DNA of 64,000 nt from Psammoneis japonica (Eukaryota), in assembly GCA_008632985.1 (NCBI GenBank), contig QPGO01000088.1, forward strand, positions 124,001 through 188,000. Reading direction: 5' to 3'. Made by a program: the position numbers and the translations under genes. The notes beneath the pieces were generated by a model. That model made no database searches. It worked only from the letters and a program-made list of their open reading frames with translations, and was not told the origin of the DNA. Positions 11,411 through 24,029 of the stretch are shown here, piece after piece. Every line of letters begins with the position of its first letter. Within the stretch, counting starts at the first letter, position 1.

Positions 11411-12703
11411 CTACAAGCGTCCTGTCAACACTTGCCCGTTCACCAAGCACTGACCGCTAACCTGTGAAGCCTGCACATTCCCACCAGAGTGGTGGCGTTG
11501 ATGATACCCAGGAGCGGGAACCATTGAGACATCCATGCTACTGGGATTGTGCTGATAATGGACCATTCCGCCGTGAACAGGGTATGCAATGTTATCAACA
11601 ACCACGTACTGCTCAGTGGTCGGCATTCCAGGTGTTGAGTTTGCCACGACCGGAGGACTAACGCCCACGGGAATAATGGCAGGAGCACTGTTCACGGAAT
11701 AAGTAGTAGAGCACGACTGTTGACTTCCAGGGGTCGCTCCAGCCGATACCAGAGATCCGGCAATCCCTTTCGAGGCAACTGGCATTGAATGGTGTCTCTG
11801 CAACACATGAGACAAGTCCCCCACTATTCCCGAATCAGAGCCAAGCGGAAATACTGGTTTGCTTTGCTGCTCACCGGTAACTACCTGAAGAGGAGGAGCG
11901 CAAGGGTGCGCCGTCGGGGATGGAGTTATTTGAGCATGGTTGTTTGATGCACCTATCGATTGATGACCGTAATCCGCGTGGTGCATTGTTTGTGCCTGAC
12001 AATCAGCAGTAACGATGACATTTCCAGCCAGAGTCGGAGCAATCTGTGAAGATACCGTCGCCGAATGTGTCATCGTCTGGGGCTGTTGAACGTCGTGTAT
12101 ATTGACACCCGTACTTGGAGAATGAGACTGCAGCTCTGCTCGGTACTTTTGGAATAGCTCCGGAGTGACATGGAGACTAAAGTTAATCCGGAATAGGAAA
12201 TCGACTTCAAGACCGTTCATCTCTGAAACGAGGACTCCGCCCACCTTGGCATAGTAAGCATTGTTGTAGTAAGCATCGTCAAAGAACTTCGCCGCTAGGA
12301 GGATAGCGGTGATGACAACGCGGTGGACGTTCAACTCCGTAAGAAGAAAATTATTGCGCTGGATCAACCGATCGATGTAAATAAGCGCGAGGATAAAACA
12401 TTCGTTGGAACACGAAGCATATTTATGAATTCTGAATCGTTGTGATGTCATCCGAGTCGAAAGAAGCGGGGTGAGAACAAAAGCTAGGAGGAATTGCAAT
12501 GCAGTCGTTCTTCACTGACTGACTAACCTTTCCAAGTATTGATGGACACCAATTCCAGGTGCTTTCAGAGCATGAAATTTGGTGATTTGACCTGGATCGG
12601 CACGAGCAAGTGAAGCATTGGCCCCCACGAGCCGTTCGAGTACCGCCGCAAGGACACCAACAAGCGCCATTCCCTCGGCTGCTTGTTCTGGTGTCGTATC
12701 CAT
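11411..12703 (-). CDS. P/U-type (PHO80-like) cyclin; exons 12703-12528 and 12431-11411
   Basis: [39 protein letters not shown] and [32 protein letters not shown]. 96-nt intron 12527-12432 (AG|gttagt ... ttcag|A). Low-complexity C-tail. Start codon less certain. Confidence 0.88.
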
Positions 12704-14395
12704 TGTTGCGTTGTTATTCCAACCACAAACAAACAAAAATTAAATCAAGATTCAATGCTGCAAACAGCCTCTAACAAGGAGGCACGCTTATTGGCGATTC
12801 ATCTTGCGTGTATTCCCTTCCCAATGTATTCTATTATCTATGATGAAAATCTCTCGTGTATCGGTATCGTGTTGCCGTCGTCAAGCAGTCACGGCCTTTT
12901 CGCCCAAGTGTCAAAAGCCTCCGATACAAAGAGGGGTCGTTTCTTCTGCAAGAGAAAGCGATAACAAACACAAAAAATTAGTATCAAACCTGAAAACGTA
13001 AACACTGGAGATGATGACATAGCACATCGCACAAAACCAATAGCAGCGCACGGAATCTTATCCTCCACCTCCAAAATTACGTCAGCTTGGTTATCAGATT
13101 CCTTTGATATTCAATTTGCAGTAGTATTCCACGTGGAAAGGGAATCTCAAAAAAGGATCCCACGGAATCTGGTGCCTCAACCTGAGGTCGAGAATGCGCC
13201 ATCGCGCGTTCTCAGTCGTCGGAGGGGAAAGCAAGGAACGGTAGGCACCTTCCCGACCAAACAACATGAGGTATGTCGCTCCAATGCTGTCGCCAATTTT
13301 TGACTCAGAGCGTTTATTCAATGCAATTGTCGAGGATGAAAAACGGGGGTCGACTTACCGGTATAGTGGAAAGCTTTGATGGAAAGAGATTAGGTCAGGC
13401 GTTTTGCAAAAATGTTGTGGTCGTGAAGACTTTCTGACGACAATTTCTGGTGCATGTCGAATTCTGGCGCGTACGGTGAGACTGGTACAAATTCTACGAA
13501 AGAAGCATGTTATCTGGATATACAGCTTCATAAGATTGCATTTGTAGGCTCTAGAATATTAGCTTTTATCGTTATGTCCAGCTCTGAAGGCATGGTATCA
13601 ACGTAAGTGATCATGACGTAAATAGTGTGACGTTAGAGTCAGTCCGCCAGCCCCACTTTGTGTGGTGAGCCTTGTGTGAGAATTTGCGACTGAAAATTCT
13701 GACAGCTCAACATAAAATTACCTTCAGACATGAGGTTAATTCATATCTGTGGTTAGGATTAGTCCTTCGAGTCAACTCTCTGCTTCACTTTCCCGCCGGA
13801 ACGAGGATCACCTCTCTAGTAGCTAGAGTACTAGAGAGTAGCACCTCTAGGGCTACACCGTACCTACTCGAGTAAGGGGCTTACTCTAGAGAGTCCTACT
13901 TGTACAGCAACACTCTCAGAGCCTCTATTGTAGAGGGTAGAGTCACCCTAAACAGAGACCTATCTAGCTTTAGAGGTTAGCTCTAGTAGAGGAGTCTATC
14001 AGATGCGAACCCTTTCTACTAGCTACCAGGTACTGTATGTATTCTAAGCTTTCGGAAATTCTTGGTGCGACATGCGATACCCAGTGAAGGAGTAAGTCGT
14101 TCTCTAAGTGTCCTACTTTACGTCGGCATAGAGCAATAAAGATTAAAGAAGTACTAGGTGTACCTTCAGCTAGCTACGTTAGTTCTCGAACGGTCAGCCA
14201 CCTAATCTATGTGCAAGCAGCTCGCAAAGTCTTGCACTGAACGAAGCCACCATTGCATCCGTAAAACATAGAGTAAACGCCTCATCTCAATAACACTTGT
14301 GATTAAGAAAGGACAGAGTGACAGAATGACAGAATGACAGACATTTGCGGACGGTAGTTGTCTCTCGAAAGAAGCTGTCGGAATCTGCAGATCAG

Positions 14396-15941
14396 TCATG
14401 CTATTGCTCCTACATGCGTCAGCAAAGGACCAAGCTTTCCCTGTTGGTACATGGATACAGTCTCGTCACCACCTCCGATGCTCTTTCCACCAACAAAGAC
14501 ATTTGGCACTGTCCTCCTCCCTGTAAGTGCCTTTAGGCTGTCTTGTATTGCTGCCATTTTGTTGCCCATGTGGGACAAGTTTATGACGTGCGGTTTCGCA
14601 CCTTCCAAGTTCAGTGCCTCTAGCGCTTTCCGGCAGTAGGGACAAGATTGTTTGGAAAAGACAACCAAGGGGTACTTTTTCACTACCCTTCTAAGGCAAT
14701 CCATTGCAGACATGTCGCACTCTTCAGGGTTTCGCGGTTGTAGGCTACTATCTCTCCGAGCTGCAGATTGAGAAAGTGGGACAGACATCCGTACTGCTTG
14801 TCGCTTCAATCCATGTTGTTGTCTCAGCCAACGTTCCGCATCAATCGCTGCTTCTGCTCCTTCTGCTGATGCTGTGATTGCTTGTCGATACAAACTTTCG
14901 CTAACTTCCCCCGCGGCGAAGACACCAGGAACGGACGTTTCCCTCTTGCTCTTCAAACAATCATTCCGTTGTCGTCGAGGTCAACCGTTCCTTTGATCCA
15001 GTCCGTGTTTGGTTCAGCCCCAATCATGACAAAAGCACCATCGCACAGAACTTCTACGGCTGTGGCTTTATCACCACTACTACCATTTCGCTCGAGTAGG
15101 CGCCGTGAAACTCACCACTACTCGACACACTCCATTCGGACACCACGAACGGGGTTTTGATTTCGATATTATGTGTCTGTTTCATCACTTCCAAGGCACG
15201 CTTGTCTGATGCTCTAAATTCGTCTCGGCGATGAATCAAAATAACCTTTTTGGCGTGTCGTGCCAAGAGAATGGCGCCATCCACGGCAGCGTCGCCCCCA
15301 CCTACTACCAAGACTGTCTTGTCCGTGTACATGCTACCGTCACAAATTGCGCAATTATGCAGCGATTTTCCCCACATTTGTTTCTCTCCGGGCAGGCCTA
15401 AATGTCTTGGCGTGGCACCTGTTGCAACAATGACAGACCATGCTCGAAAGGGCTCGTTCATCTGTTGCGATTCCAACACAAACTGCTGCTCTTCTTTGGA
15501 ACGACTCAACTTGGAAACAAGCAAGCCCGCTGGAGCAAAGGTCGCACCCAAGGCAGTGGCCTGTTCTCGTGTTTGTGAAAGCCAGTTTGGTCCAGAACCG
15601 CCATACGACGGAAAATTCTCTAGCAAAGGCGTATCCGAAAGTAAGCCAGATTCACTCCCAAGCACCAGCACAGAAAGTCCCGCACGGGACGCAAAAATAG
15701 CAGCCGTGAGGCCCGCTGGCCCACAACCCAATACAGCAACGTCGTATACATTGTCAAGAGGTTGTCTCAAGGCAACGGCTCGTCTTGCAACTGGGGCAAC
15801 ATCTGGTTGTGTGGGGCGTACTACCATGTGTACAAATAGCCCAAAAATCGTCAATGCAAAGACCTTACAACTATTTCCCAGTAAGGACCGCTTCCTCGAC
15901 TTTGTTTTGTAATGAAGCGGGAGGCTTTTTCTTCCATTCAT
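14396..15941 (-). CDS. Low-MW (TrxB/NTR-type) thioredoxin reductase fused to a C-terminal CPYC glutaredoxin, with N-terminal hydrophobic segment; two apparent 1-nt frameshifts
   Basis: [38 protein letters not shown]; hidden middle frame [17 protein letters not shown]; then [19 protein letters not shown]; Grx [24 protein letters not shown]. Frame slips near 15099 and 14956. Confidence 0.85.
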
Positions 15942-16420
15942 ATCTTGGCTTTGTGGAGGACAAGGTGATGAAGCAAAAGTCTTGCTGCTACGGGACCGCA
16001 GCATTGTTGTCTCTCACTTCTCCCTTCTGTTTTGTCACTTCTTGTCGCAGATTGATTTCTTCTGCGAAAACTAACGAGGCAACCAAACACACACCCGAGA
16101 CACTGACAATAAGACAACCCATGCTCAGCTCGTTCCTCCGCGCTGGCTGCTGGCTGACGCACGCACCGTGTGAAATCATGGCCGTGCTTTTCTTTTTCTT
16201 CTCTCTTGGATGTGTTGGATGTTGTGATGTGATGGATGAGACTCGTCGACGAGAATAGGTTTGACGGATCTGTTGATGCGACAGTGGTGAACACTCATCA
16301 AATTCTCTACACTTGCATAGCCCATCGTTTCGATCAGTTTTCAAGGCTCAAGACCGTAGTGAAAAAGAACCTACGGATTTATAATTTTCGCAAGTCGTTT
16401 TCGTGGTGCGCAAGATCAGA

Positions 16421-18662
16421 ATGAAGCTGGGAGGCGCGCTTGGCATGTCCTTCGTTGCGGTTTTGTCGACGTCGGCGGTTCGATATGCCACGTCTTTTGT
16501 ACCCACGGCTCTAAAGTCGTCCAAGAGGGTGCTATCATCTAGTAACTTTGCTAGTGTCAGTAGACAGACTCGTTTCCTGGCTTCTGTTGCCGCTCAAGTT
16601 GAAACGAAAACGGAAGAACCAACGGAGCTTCCGACCAATGAGAATGATATGGAGCTGCTCAAAATTCGTCACTCCTCGGCTCACGTCATGGCCATGGCGG
16701 TACAACAGGCCTTTCCTGAGGCTCAAGTCACAATTGGTCCCTGGATTGACAACGGTTTCTACTACGATTTTTACTTTCCAGAAACAACCGACCCAGAAAC
16801 TGGTGAAACCATTCCGTCTCGTAAATTGACCGATCAGGATCTGAAAAAGGTAAAAAAGGCAATGGACAAGATCATTGGAAAGAACTATCCCATTACGAGA
16901 GAAGAAGTGACAAGGGAAGAAGCAAAACGTCGCATTGAGGAGATCGCCGAACCTTTCAAGCTTGAAATTTTGGATAGCATTAAGACGGAACCCATCACCA
17001 TTTACAAAATTGGGGAAGAATGGTGGGACTTGTGCGCTGGTCCTCATGTGGAGAGTACAGGCAAGCTACCGAGAAAAGCAATTGCACTGCAGACAGTAGC
17101 TGGTGCGTACTGGCGAGGTGACGAGAATCGCGAGATGCTTCAGCGCATCTATGCGACCGCATGGAAGAACCCACCTCAGTTGAAGCAATACAAGAAGATG
17201 GTGGAAGAAGCCAAGAAGCGTGATCATCGCATGCTGGGGAAGAAGCTTGACTTGTTTTCGATTCAGGTAAGTTGTTGTCTTGGAGCTTGGATGAGTTCTT
17301 TTTTTGTCGGTCCACATCCATGAGAGACTGAATGGTATTCTGACTGTCCCATGTCGCGCTAACCTTTTAGGAGGACGCGGGAGGTGGACTTGTTTTTTGG
17401 CATCCGAAGGGTTCAGCTATCCGTACAAAGATTGAAGACTTTTGGAAGAAGGAGCATCAAGATAATGGATACGATGTTGTGTACACCCCGCATATTGCAA
17501 ATCTGAATCTCTGGAAAACGTCGGGGCACTTTGACTTTTACCAAGAAGGAATGTTTGACCAAATGTCGATTGAAGACGAGGATTATCAAATCAAACCTAT
17601 GAACTGTCCCTTCCACTGTCTAATGTACAAGGACGAGCTTAGATCCTATCGAGATCTCCCCTTTCGATGGGCGGAACTAGGAACAGTCTACCGGTATGTT
17701 CAATTCTCGTATTGTGCTTTCGTGTCTAACGTTCTGCTTCTCTGATCTTACCACGTACCTCTCAAACTCTGACTGTTTTGTATGCAAGATACGAGAGGTC
17801 GGGTACCTTGCATGGACTGATGCGCGTCCGTGGTTTTACACAAGACGATGCGCACATCTTTTGTCTGCCAGAGCAGCTACAAGACGAGATTGTTAAAGTT
17901 CTAGACTTGACCGAGACGATTCTTTCTCGCTTTGGTTTTGACAAGTATGACATTATGCTTTCCACGCGACCAGACAAGTCGGTTGGGTCTGATCAAATAT
18001 GGGACGATGCAACTGCGGCACTTGAGGGAGCTCTCGAAGCCAAAGGCTGGGAGTATGGTATCGATGAAGGAGGCGGGGCGTTTTACGGCCCAAAGATTGA
18101 CTTGAAGATCCGAGATGCGATCGGGCGCACTTGGCAGTGTTCTACTGTTCAATGTGATTTCAATCTGCCTGATCGATTCGGTCTCGAGTATGTAAGCGCC
18201 GAAGGAACGAAGGAACAACCAATCATGGTCCACCGCGCCATCTTTGGTTCCATCGAGAGGTTCTTTGGAATCCTTGTAGAGAATTGCGCTGGAGACTTCC
18301 CACTCTGGTTGGCGCCTACTCAATTGAAGCTTCTTCCCGTAACAGATGCTGTGAATGACTACTGTGCCAAAGTAGCGAAGAAAGCGTCGCGGCTTGGACT
18401 TCGAGTCGAAGTCGATCGCGGAAACGAGCGACTTGGTAAACAAATTCGTAATGCAGAACAGCAACGCATTCCCATCATGGCTGTCGTAGGTATGAAAGAA
18501 ATGGAGTCCGGTAAGCTCGCGGTTCGTAGCCGTAAAGAAGGCGACCTTGGTTTGTTCAGCGTAAATGATCTTCTCGACGAACTTTGCCGATGCTCTGAAG
18601 AAGCAGAAGAGATGGTCCTTGTTGGAGAAGTAGAGGAAAAAGAGGTGGCAGCATCCGATTAA
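16421..18662 (+). CDS. thrS: Threonyl-tRNA synthetase, organellar (probably plastid-targeted); exons 16421-17266, 17371-17693, 17789-18662
   Basis: [76 protein letters not shown]. Two GT-AG introns restore the frame. Signal-like N-terminus ending ATS-FVP resembles the diatom ASAFAP motif. Confidence 0.95.
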
Positions 18663-18818
18663 CTTCACAGGTAGACCTAGAACTCCGTGCCGTTGCATAC
18701 CCGTGAGTACCTTTGGTAATGGCTTAATAAAAAGAATAGGTAGGTCAGGTATATAGATTTGACATCCTGTAGAGTGAAGAGTCAAGCATTCTTATTTTAA
18801 AATTGAAATATAGTCAAT

Positions 18819-19466
18819 TTAACTTGCAGTCTGCTTCTTTGCCTGTGTTCCCTCCCGGAATCCATTCTTGAACCGACGACTCATGGTCTTCATGTAACGC
18901 ATACGTCCAGTTCCAGTAGTGCGACGGCCCTTCGCCTTTGCTCCCCAATTGTAAGAACGCATTTTCTTGGCAGGGTATCCGCAGGAGGCACAGGTGCTCT
19001 TTTGGATGTGGTATGAAATCTTACCACATCGGCGGCATGCCGTGTGAGACTTGTTATGCCTTTTTCCGAATGAGGTTGTTCCTTTCGTCTGTAACAAGAA
19101 AAGATAGAGAAAAATGTGTATGTTAGCGAATTTCATCGTAGACAAATTGATGTTGCACAACGAGTGCTAACAATATTGCCGACCAAAGAAAAGCCATTGA
19201 ATACGATACGTAGCATCTTCGGCGACACAACATCGTTTTCGCGCCACCTTCAAATCTCAAAGAATTGCCAATAGGTTCTGGGTTGAAGCTATCGCCCACA
19301 GCAACAACGCGATCGGTACAGCGGCGGAGTAACGCATTCATTCGGCATAAACAATGGCTGTCCCAGTTTCTCAACCACACTGTACAGCATCAATCAAACC
19401 CCTCCTTGTTGCGGCACAAACACCAACGCTGCCGTTCATTCGAAAACGCAACGGAAAACGCACCAT
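18819..19466 (-). CDS. RPL37: 60S ribosomal protein L37 (eL37); exon 1 = ATG (19466-19464), exon 2 = 19088-18819
   Basis: [40 protein letters not shown]; acceptor ttgttacag. The donor ATG|gtgcgt is inferred. Confidence 0.92.
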
Positions 19467-20151
19467 CTTGACTCGACTTCTTGTCTGTGTTGCCTGCGGC
19501 TCTCGACACAGTGCCCCAGCTGCTGTGGATCGTACGTGTTGATCTACCAGGAATTACATACGATAAACGTAGTACTGAAGCATCGTAGAAATTCAAGTAA
19601 GCGGTATGAGGTTCATCAAGCGACGGACGGACGGATGGCCTTAGATTTTGAACTCTCTACTTCTACTTAGTAGCTCTACCGGTACTCTAAGTAGAGAGTT
19701 AGTAGAGAGTAGCTAGCTAGCTGTAGTAGAGTGGTATGTAAATTGGGGCGGGGATGGCTGGACGGACCCAAAGTGCATCCAAAGGGCTAGGGCGGGGCTA
19801 CGGTAACCCTCCAAGCCCTAGGATTTTAGTCTAGGCCTACAGTGCTATTCTAGGGACTAGTCATTGCAACAATGACAAGCCTTGCTCCATATTTTTAAGT
19901 AGTTTCTTCCATGCTTCGCAACTCGAAGTGTGGCACTTCAAATTCCAAGAGTATAGAATGAAATGGAGCATCCAAGGCTGGCCGCACGGTGTGCCTTGCT
20001 AAAAGCCTCGTATTCTTTCGGACACAGCATCTACCCACTTATACATCGAAAGTACCATATTGCTTAAGATGAGAGATGACCGAACCAGAATCTAGAGTGT
20101 CTGAAAAGACTACTTAGCAATCAGAACGACATTCCTACATGATTGTAAAGG

Positions 20152-22098
20152 TCATGACATTGCGGCGTTTACTATTAGTGGCTTGGAGAATTCCCACGGA
20201 CAAGGCTGCTTGCGTTGGATGAGATCTTCTTTCGGTAGTTTTTGGCCTAGATGTCTCATTCCCGACAAACTAATTCCCTGCAACAATTCTAGTGTCTGCA
20301 TTTCTCCCAACCTCACATGTGTCGTTGTCCAATTGCGGCTTTGAAAGGCTTCGCGAGTCAAGGTCGCAGCCAGTTTGGCTTCGTCAACAACAGTAGATTT
20401 AAACCTGCCCAGAGCGACCCCCGATAGTCGCGCCAAGCATTCCAGTGCACGAAACTCAAGGGCGTCACTTTGACGACCAACAAAAAAGGAATCAACTGTA
20501 TGGTTTTCTAATGTTTCTTCCAGCACAGTCTTGGCATTGCCGTCAAAATCGTCTTTTCTCAGCACCATGAGGCGACAGGTGGAAATCAATCTGCTCGCGT
20601 CGAACCTGAGGTTTCTGTGATCAAACTTGGGAATATTGAATGTAATGGGTGCGTTGGAAGACGTTGGTGGGTCTATTTGTGAATCCCGAGGTGGCATGAC
20701 GAAAATCCACCGATCCGACAAGTTGGAAATGTGTAGCAGCACCTGAAACTTAAGTCGCTTCAACTCGAACGCATCTGAATGAAGCTGTTCTTGTATACAT
20801 TCGGCATGCCCATCATCAAACTGCAGATATCGAACAAGCATCTCTTTTTCACGACGACCGATTGCTTGTGATGCTCTGTCATTGACACGGAGTGGCATGT
20901 ATGAGAACTGATTCTTCATTCCCACATCCAGAAGCCTGTGAAGCACCGCAATGCTAGCCTGTGTGTGGCCACTTCCGTCTCCGTTGACAAAACCAAACTT
21001 GGCAAACAGATGCGAGTCTGTATACTTGCCGTAGCTGTCAATTATTTCGTGTCCAGGCGCAATCCCCTGTGTCGATGCGTAAATGACAAAGGCTCGCTTT
21101 TCGGGTTTGTATCGCCATTCCACGTTTGGCTTTGCATGATGATTGTACATGTCAAGGATAGGAACCATGGCACGACAACCACGTGACAAGTCGACACCGT
21201 ATGTTTCATTTACGAATTTTAATTCGTCTTCTATCGTTGCAAACTCGTTTTCCCAGAGACCCTCTTCTGGCCCGGGTGGTCCCGGACCAAAGCTCCGACT
21301 CATGACGTTGATTCTCATTCTCGTGTATTCCTCAAGACTCACATCACGGAGAAAGACAGCAGATACGGATGCAAAAGCCTTGTACTCTGACACAAGCATG
21401 TCACGATGAGCCTTGGCGACCAGGAAAGAAGAGGAATGCGCTCCCAGTGCTTGGCTAAGTTCTTGCTCCGTCCATGCCATTGGATGAAACAAAGCCAATT
21501 CTTGATATGACGGTAAAGTGTTATAGTAGGCAACCAACGGATCTTCCTCGACACCAATGTGCTTATCGTTATGATGTCGACTCTTTTTAGCTATCGTGTC
21601 TTTCCGAACAAGGTATGCAGCAAGGTGAGCACCGCTGTCGAGTGGATTACCCGTTGCTCCATGTCGTGCCGTTGACAAGTCGTCCTTGACAAAAGAATCC
21701 CGCAACGCATCTAGATCCCAAATTTGCAAGTGTCGTGGGACAACCAGAATCACTTGTTTTGGAGCAATGTAACGTTTCGTCTTTTGCGTTCTGCGCACTG
21801 GTACCAATGCCTCATGGCAATAGCCGCCGTTTGGGTCGTTGCATACAAAGGACGCCATGAAGGATCGGAGTGTTTCCTCAACCAACTCATCATTCTGCGG
21901 GCTATTCCACAACATTCCCACCACAAGAGCAACAACTGCTACTCCAACGATATTCGAATAGGCCCGGACTCCACGTCTCTGCTTTTGTGAACACCTTTGT
22001 ATTCTCGTTTTCCAATCTCCATCTTCTTTGTACTTGTTCAACGCCTTGTTCTCGGGTGCAGAAACCTTTTGAAGACTTTTGTCACGATTTCGACCCAT
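20152..22098 (-). CDS. SET-domain lysine methyltransferase (Rubisco LSMT/SETD3-like) with N-terminal transmembrane segment
   Basis: 648-aa ORF; VMSRSF, MVPILDMYNHH, EIIDSYG..HLFAKFGF; hydrophobic IVGVAVVALVVGMLW. Confidence 0.82.
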   Translation of the reverse strand: MGRNRDKSLQKVSAPENKALNKYKEDGDWKTRIQRCSQKQRRGVRAYSNIVGVAVVALVVGMLWNSPQNDELVEETLRSFMASFVCNDPNGGYCHEALVPVRRTQKTKRYIAPKQVILVVPRHLQIWDLDALRDSFVKDDLSTARHGATGNPLDSGAHLAAYLVRKDTIAKKSRHHNDKHIGVEEDPLVAYYNTLPSYQELALFHPMAWTEQELSQALGAHSSSFLVAKAHRDMLVSEYKAFASVSAVFLRDVSLEEYTRMRINVMSRSFGPGPPGPEEGLWENEFATIEDELKFVNETYGVDLSRGCRAMVPILDMYNHHAKPNVEWRYKPEKRAFVIYASTQGIAPGHEIIDSYGKYTDSHLFAKFGFVNGDGSGHTQASIAVLHRLLDVGMKNQFSYMPLRVNDRASQAIGRREKEMLVRYLQFDDGHAECIQEQLHSDAFELKRLKFQVLLHISNLSDRWIFVMPPRDSQIDPPTSSNAPITFNIPKFDHRNLRFDASRLISTCRLMVLRKDDFDGNAKTVLEETLENHTVDSFFVGRQSDALEFRALECLARLSGVALGRFKSTVVDEAKLAATLTREAFQSRNWTTTHVRLGEMQTLELLQGISLSGMRHLGQKLPKEDLIQRKQPCPWEFSKPLIVNAAMS

Positions 22099-23671
22099 TA
22101 CAGACGCGTTTCCTTCTTCAAACTACACAGTTCACTTCCTTCACACCCACGCATCGAGCATTCGATCATCAACACGATGATCGATGATCCATCTCTACCT
22201 TCGAATCTCAAGTCACAAGGAAGCTACCTCTACTCTCTACCGGTAGCTAGAGAGAGGTCAGAAGTAGCTAGCTAACTCTAGTAGTAGAGAGTAGATAGCT
22301 CAGGCGATGTTAGAAGCGCTTGCTTGGCATGGGCAGCCAGCAGTCGGCAAGGGCTGTGTGCCAACTGGTGCGCACATCGGTCAAAGGACAGACGATGCTA
22401 GCCTGTGCTTCATTCAGCAAGAAATAGACGCGACGACGACCGACGCACATAGTTTCCCTCTAACCAAATGCATCGATAGATGGCAACATGCGTGCTAGAG
22501 GCCCTGTTACCGGTGCGATCCATTATCTCATGGTAACGCCCATCATCTATTTCTGGCAACAAAATGGCTGTAAACTGCAATCTAAACTGCAGGCTTGAAC
22601 ACAAAATTGCACTGAAATCCCCAAGCAATCCACATGTCCGAGTTAACAAATCGTGACTGTCAGAGGTTGATTGGCCGTTCCATCTGCCAAACACATTGAA
22701 CACAACACTTTCTGCCTTCCAGCATGCATGTACAAAATGTGCAAAATGCCACCATTGGCCCGGACCTCAGCTGGAAGACACGCCACAGCTTCAACAAATG
22801 CAGCGACAGCTTCAGCGGGGTCGACTCGAATGTCATGTCAATGGGTCTCCGAGCTCATGTTGCCCCATTCTCCAACAAGGACTTCTTTTCTTGCACAACA
22901 GCTGAGGCATCTTGAAGGGTTGCATGTGACATGCATGTAAAAGCAGCGGTCTTCTTCTTCATGTTTCGGACGTGTTCCAGTCCCAGGTGACGCACAAAAC
23001 GACAATCGGATTTTGAATGTAATTTGTGTGTCTTCAAGTGCATGCAGCATTTCAATGTGAAACACTTAGATGGATTGACTTTTGTGGGCTTCTAGAGCAT
23101 GGACATTTAAATGGTTTTTTGTGGGGCATTCAAATCCTCATGGGACATGCATCACAAACTTCCTCAGCAGACTCAGTGCTGATTGTGCGTCAGTGGATTC
23201 ATGCAAAGATTTTTTTGCAGGCAGAAAACCCACCAAGCAGCATCCTAGAATGATGCATTTGGGTGACATCCAAACAACGGCAATGTTTTCGCCGAAAATC
23301 ATCCGTTGTGTTGCGAATCTTTTAACGCAATGAAAAACACAGATGTCACAATGACGACGACATTGCAACACTCACACGAGTCTTGTCAGTGTTGCAAAAC
23401 ATTCACATTTGCACAAATCTACACTTTTGGTGGTGAAAGTTCGATCGTGAGTTGGGGACCGCGCAAAAATCGCGCAAATGTCGTTTTTGTGCACGATTTG
23501 GTTCACGTGCGGCTGGAACACGTCTTCGGGGGAAAGTGTCGCTGCCAAGAAAACAACGCCAAGCAAACACCGAGTGTGAATGTGTCAGAAATGCCTTCCA
23601 ACAAGGGACACTGTGTTGGGGTTCTCCAGTGTGCCAAACACCTTTGGCGCTGACAAGACTCCATTTCGTCT

Positions 23672-23733
23672 TGCCCAACCTGCAAAGCTTGATGATGCAA
23701 GCTTTCGCTTTTGCTTCATCAGCGCGGTTGGCA
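23672..23733 (-). ncRNA. Hammerhead ribozyme-like motif (type I), copy 1
   Basis: Minus strand CCAACCGCG-CUGAUGA-A-GC-AAAA-GC-GAAA-GCUUG-caucau-CAAGC-UU-UGCAGGUUGG. Confidence 0.65.
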
Positions 23734-24029
23734 TTTTTCTCGTGAGCCAAAAAAGTCGAGATCCGCATTTTCAATGGCTGAGGTTGCAGCTGACCTCACT
23801 TGCCGTTAAAAAACAACGGGCCACCAGGAACGTGCCAATGCATGCTGTGCATGCAGTCTTTGCCCAAAACTTCGTTGTGGAGAAAAAAGTGGGCATCGTC
23901 TTCTCAGTTGATGGTCTGAGCCTGCGAGGCAAAGACTGGATGGCATGGACTGGCCTGCTGTCATTTGGTGATTGGGGTTTTGTGTGACCCTAAATTCAAA
24001 AAAACTCAAATGGGCGTAAAAAGGTCGTC

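Noticed and set aside
14950..14960. In-frame TGA in the reductase as selenocysteine
   Set aside because: The downstream homology is in a different frame, so a one-base slip explains it.
15250..18785. Long antisense ORFs (15250-15912 +, 16535-17047 -, 17901-18785 -)
   Set aside because: They are shadows of real genes on the opposite strand, with no recognisable motifs.
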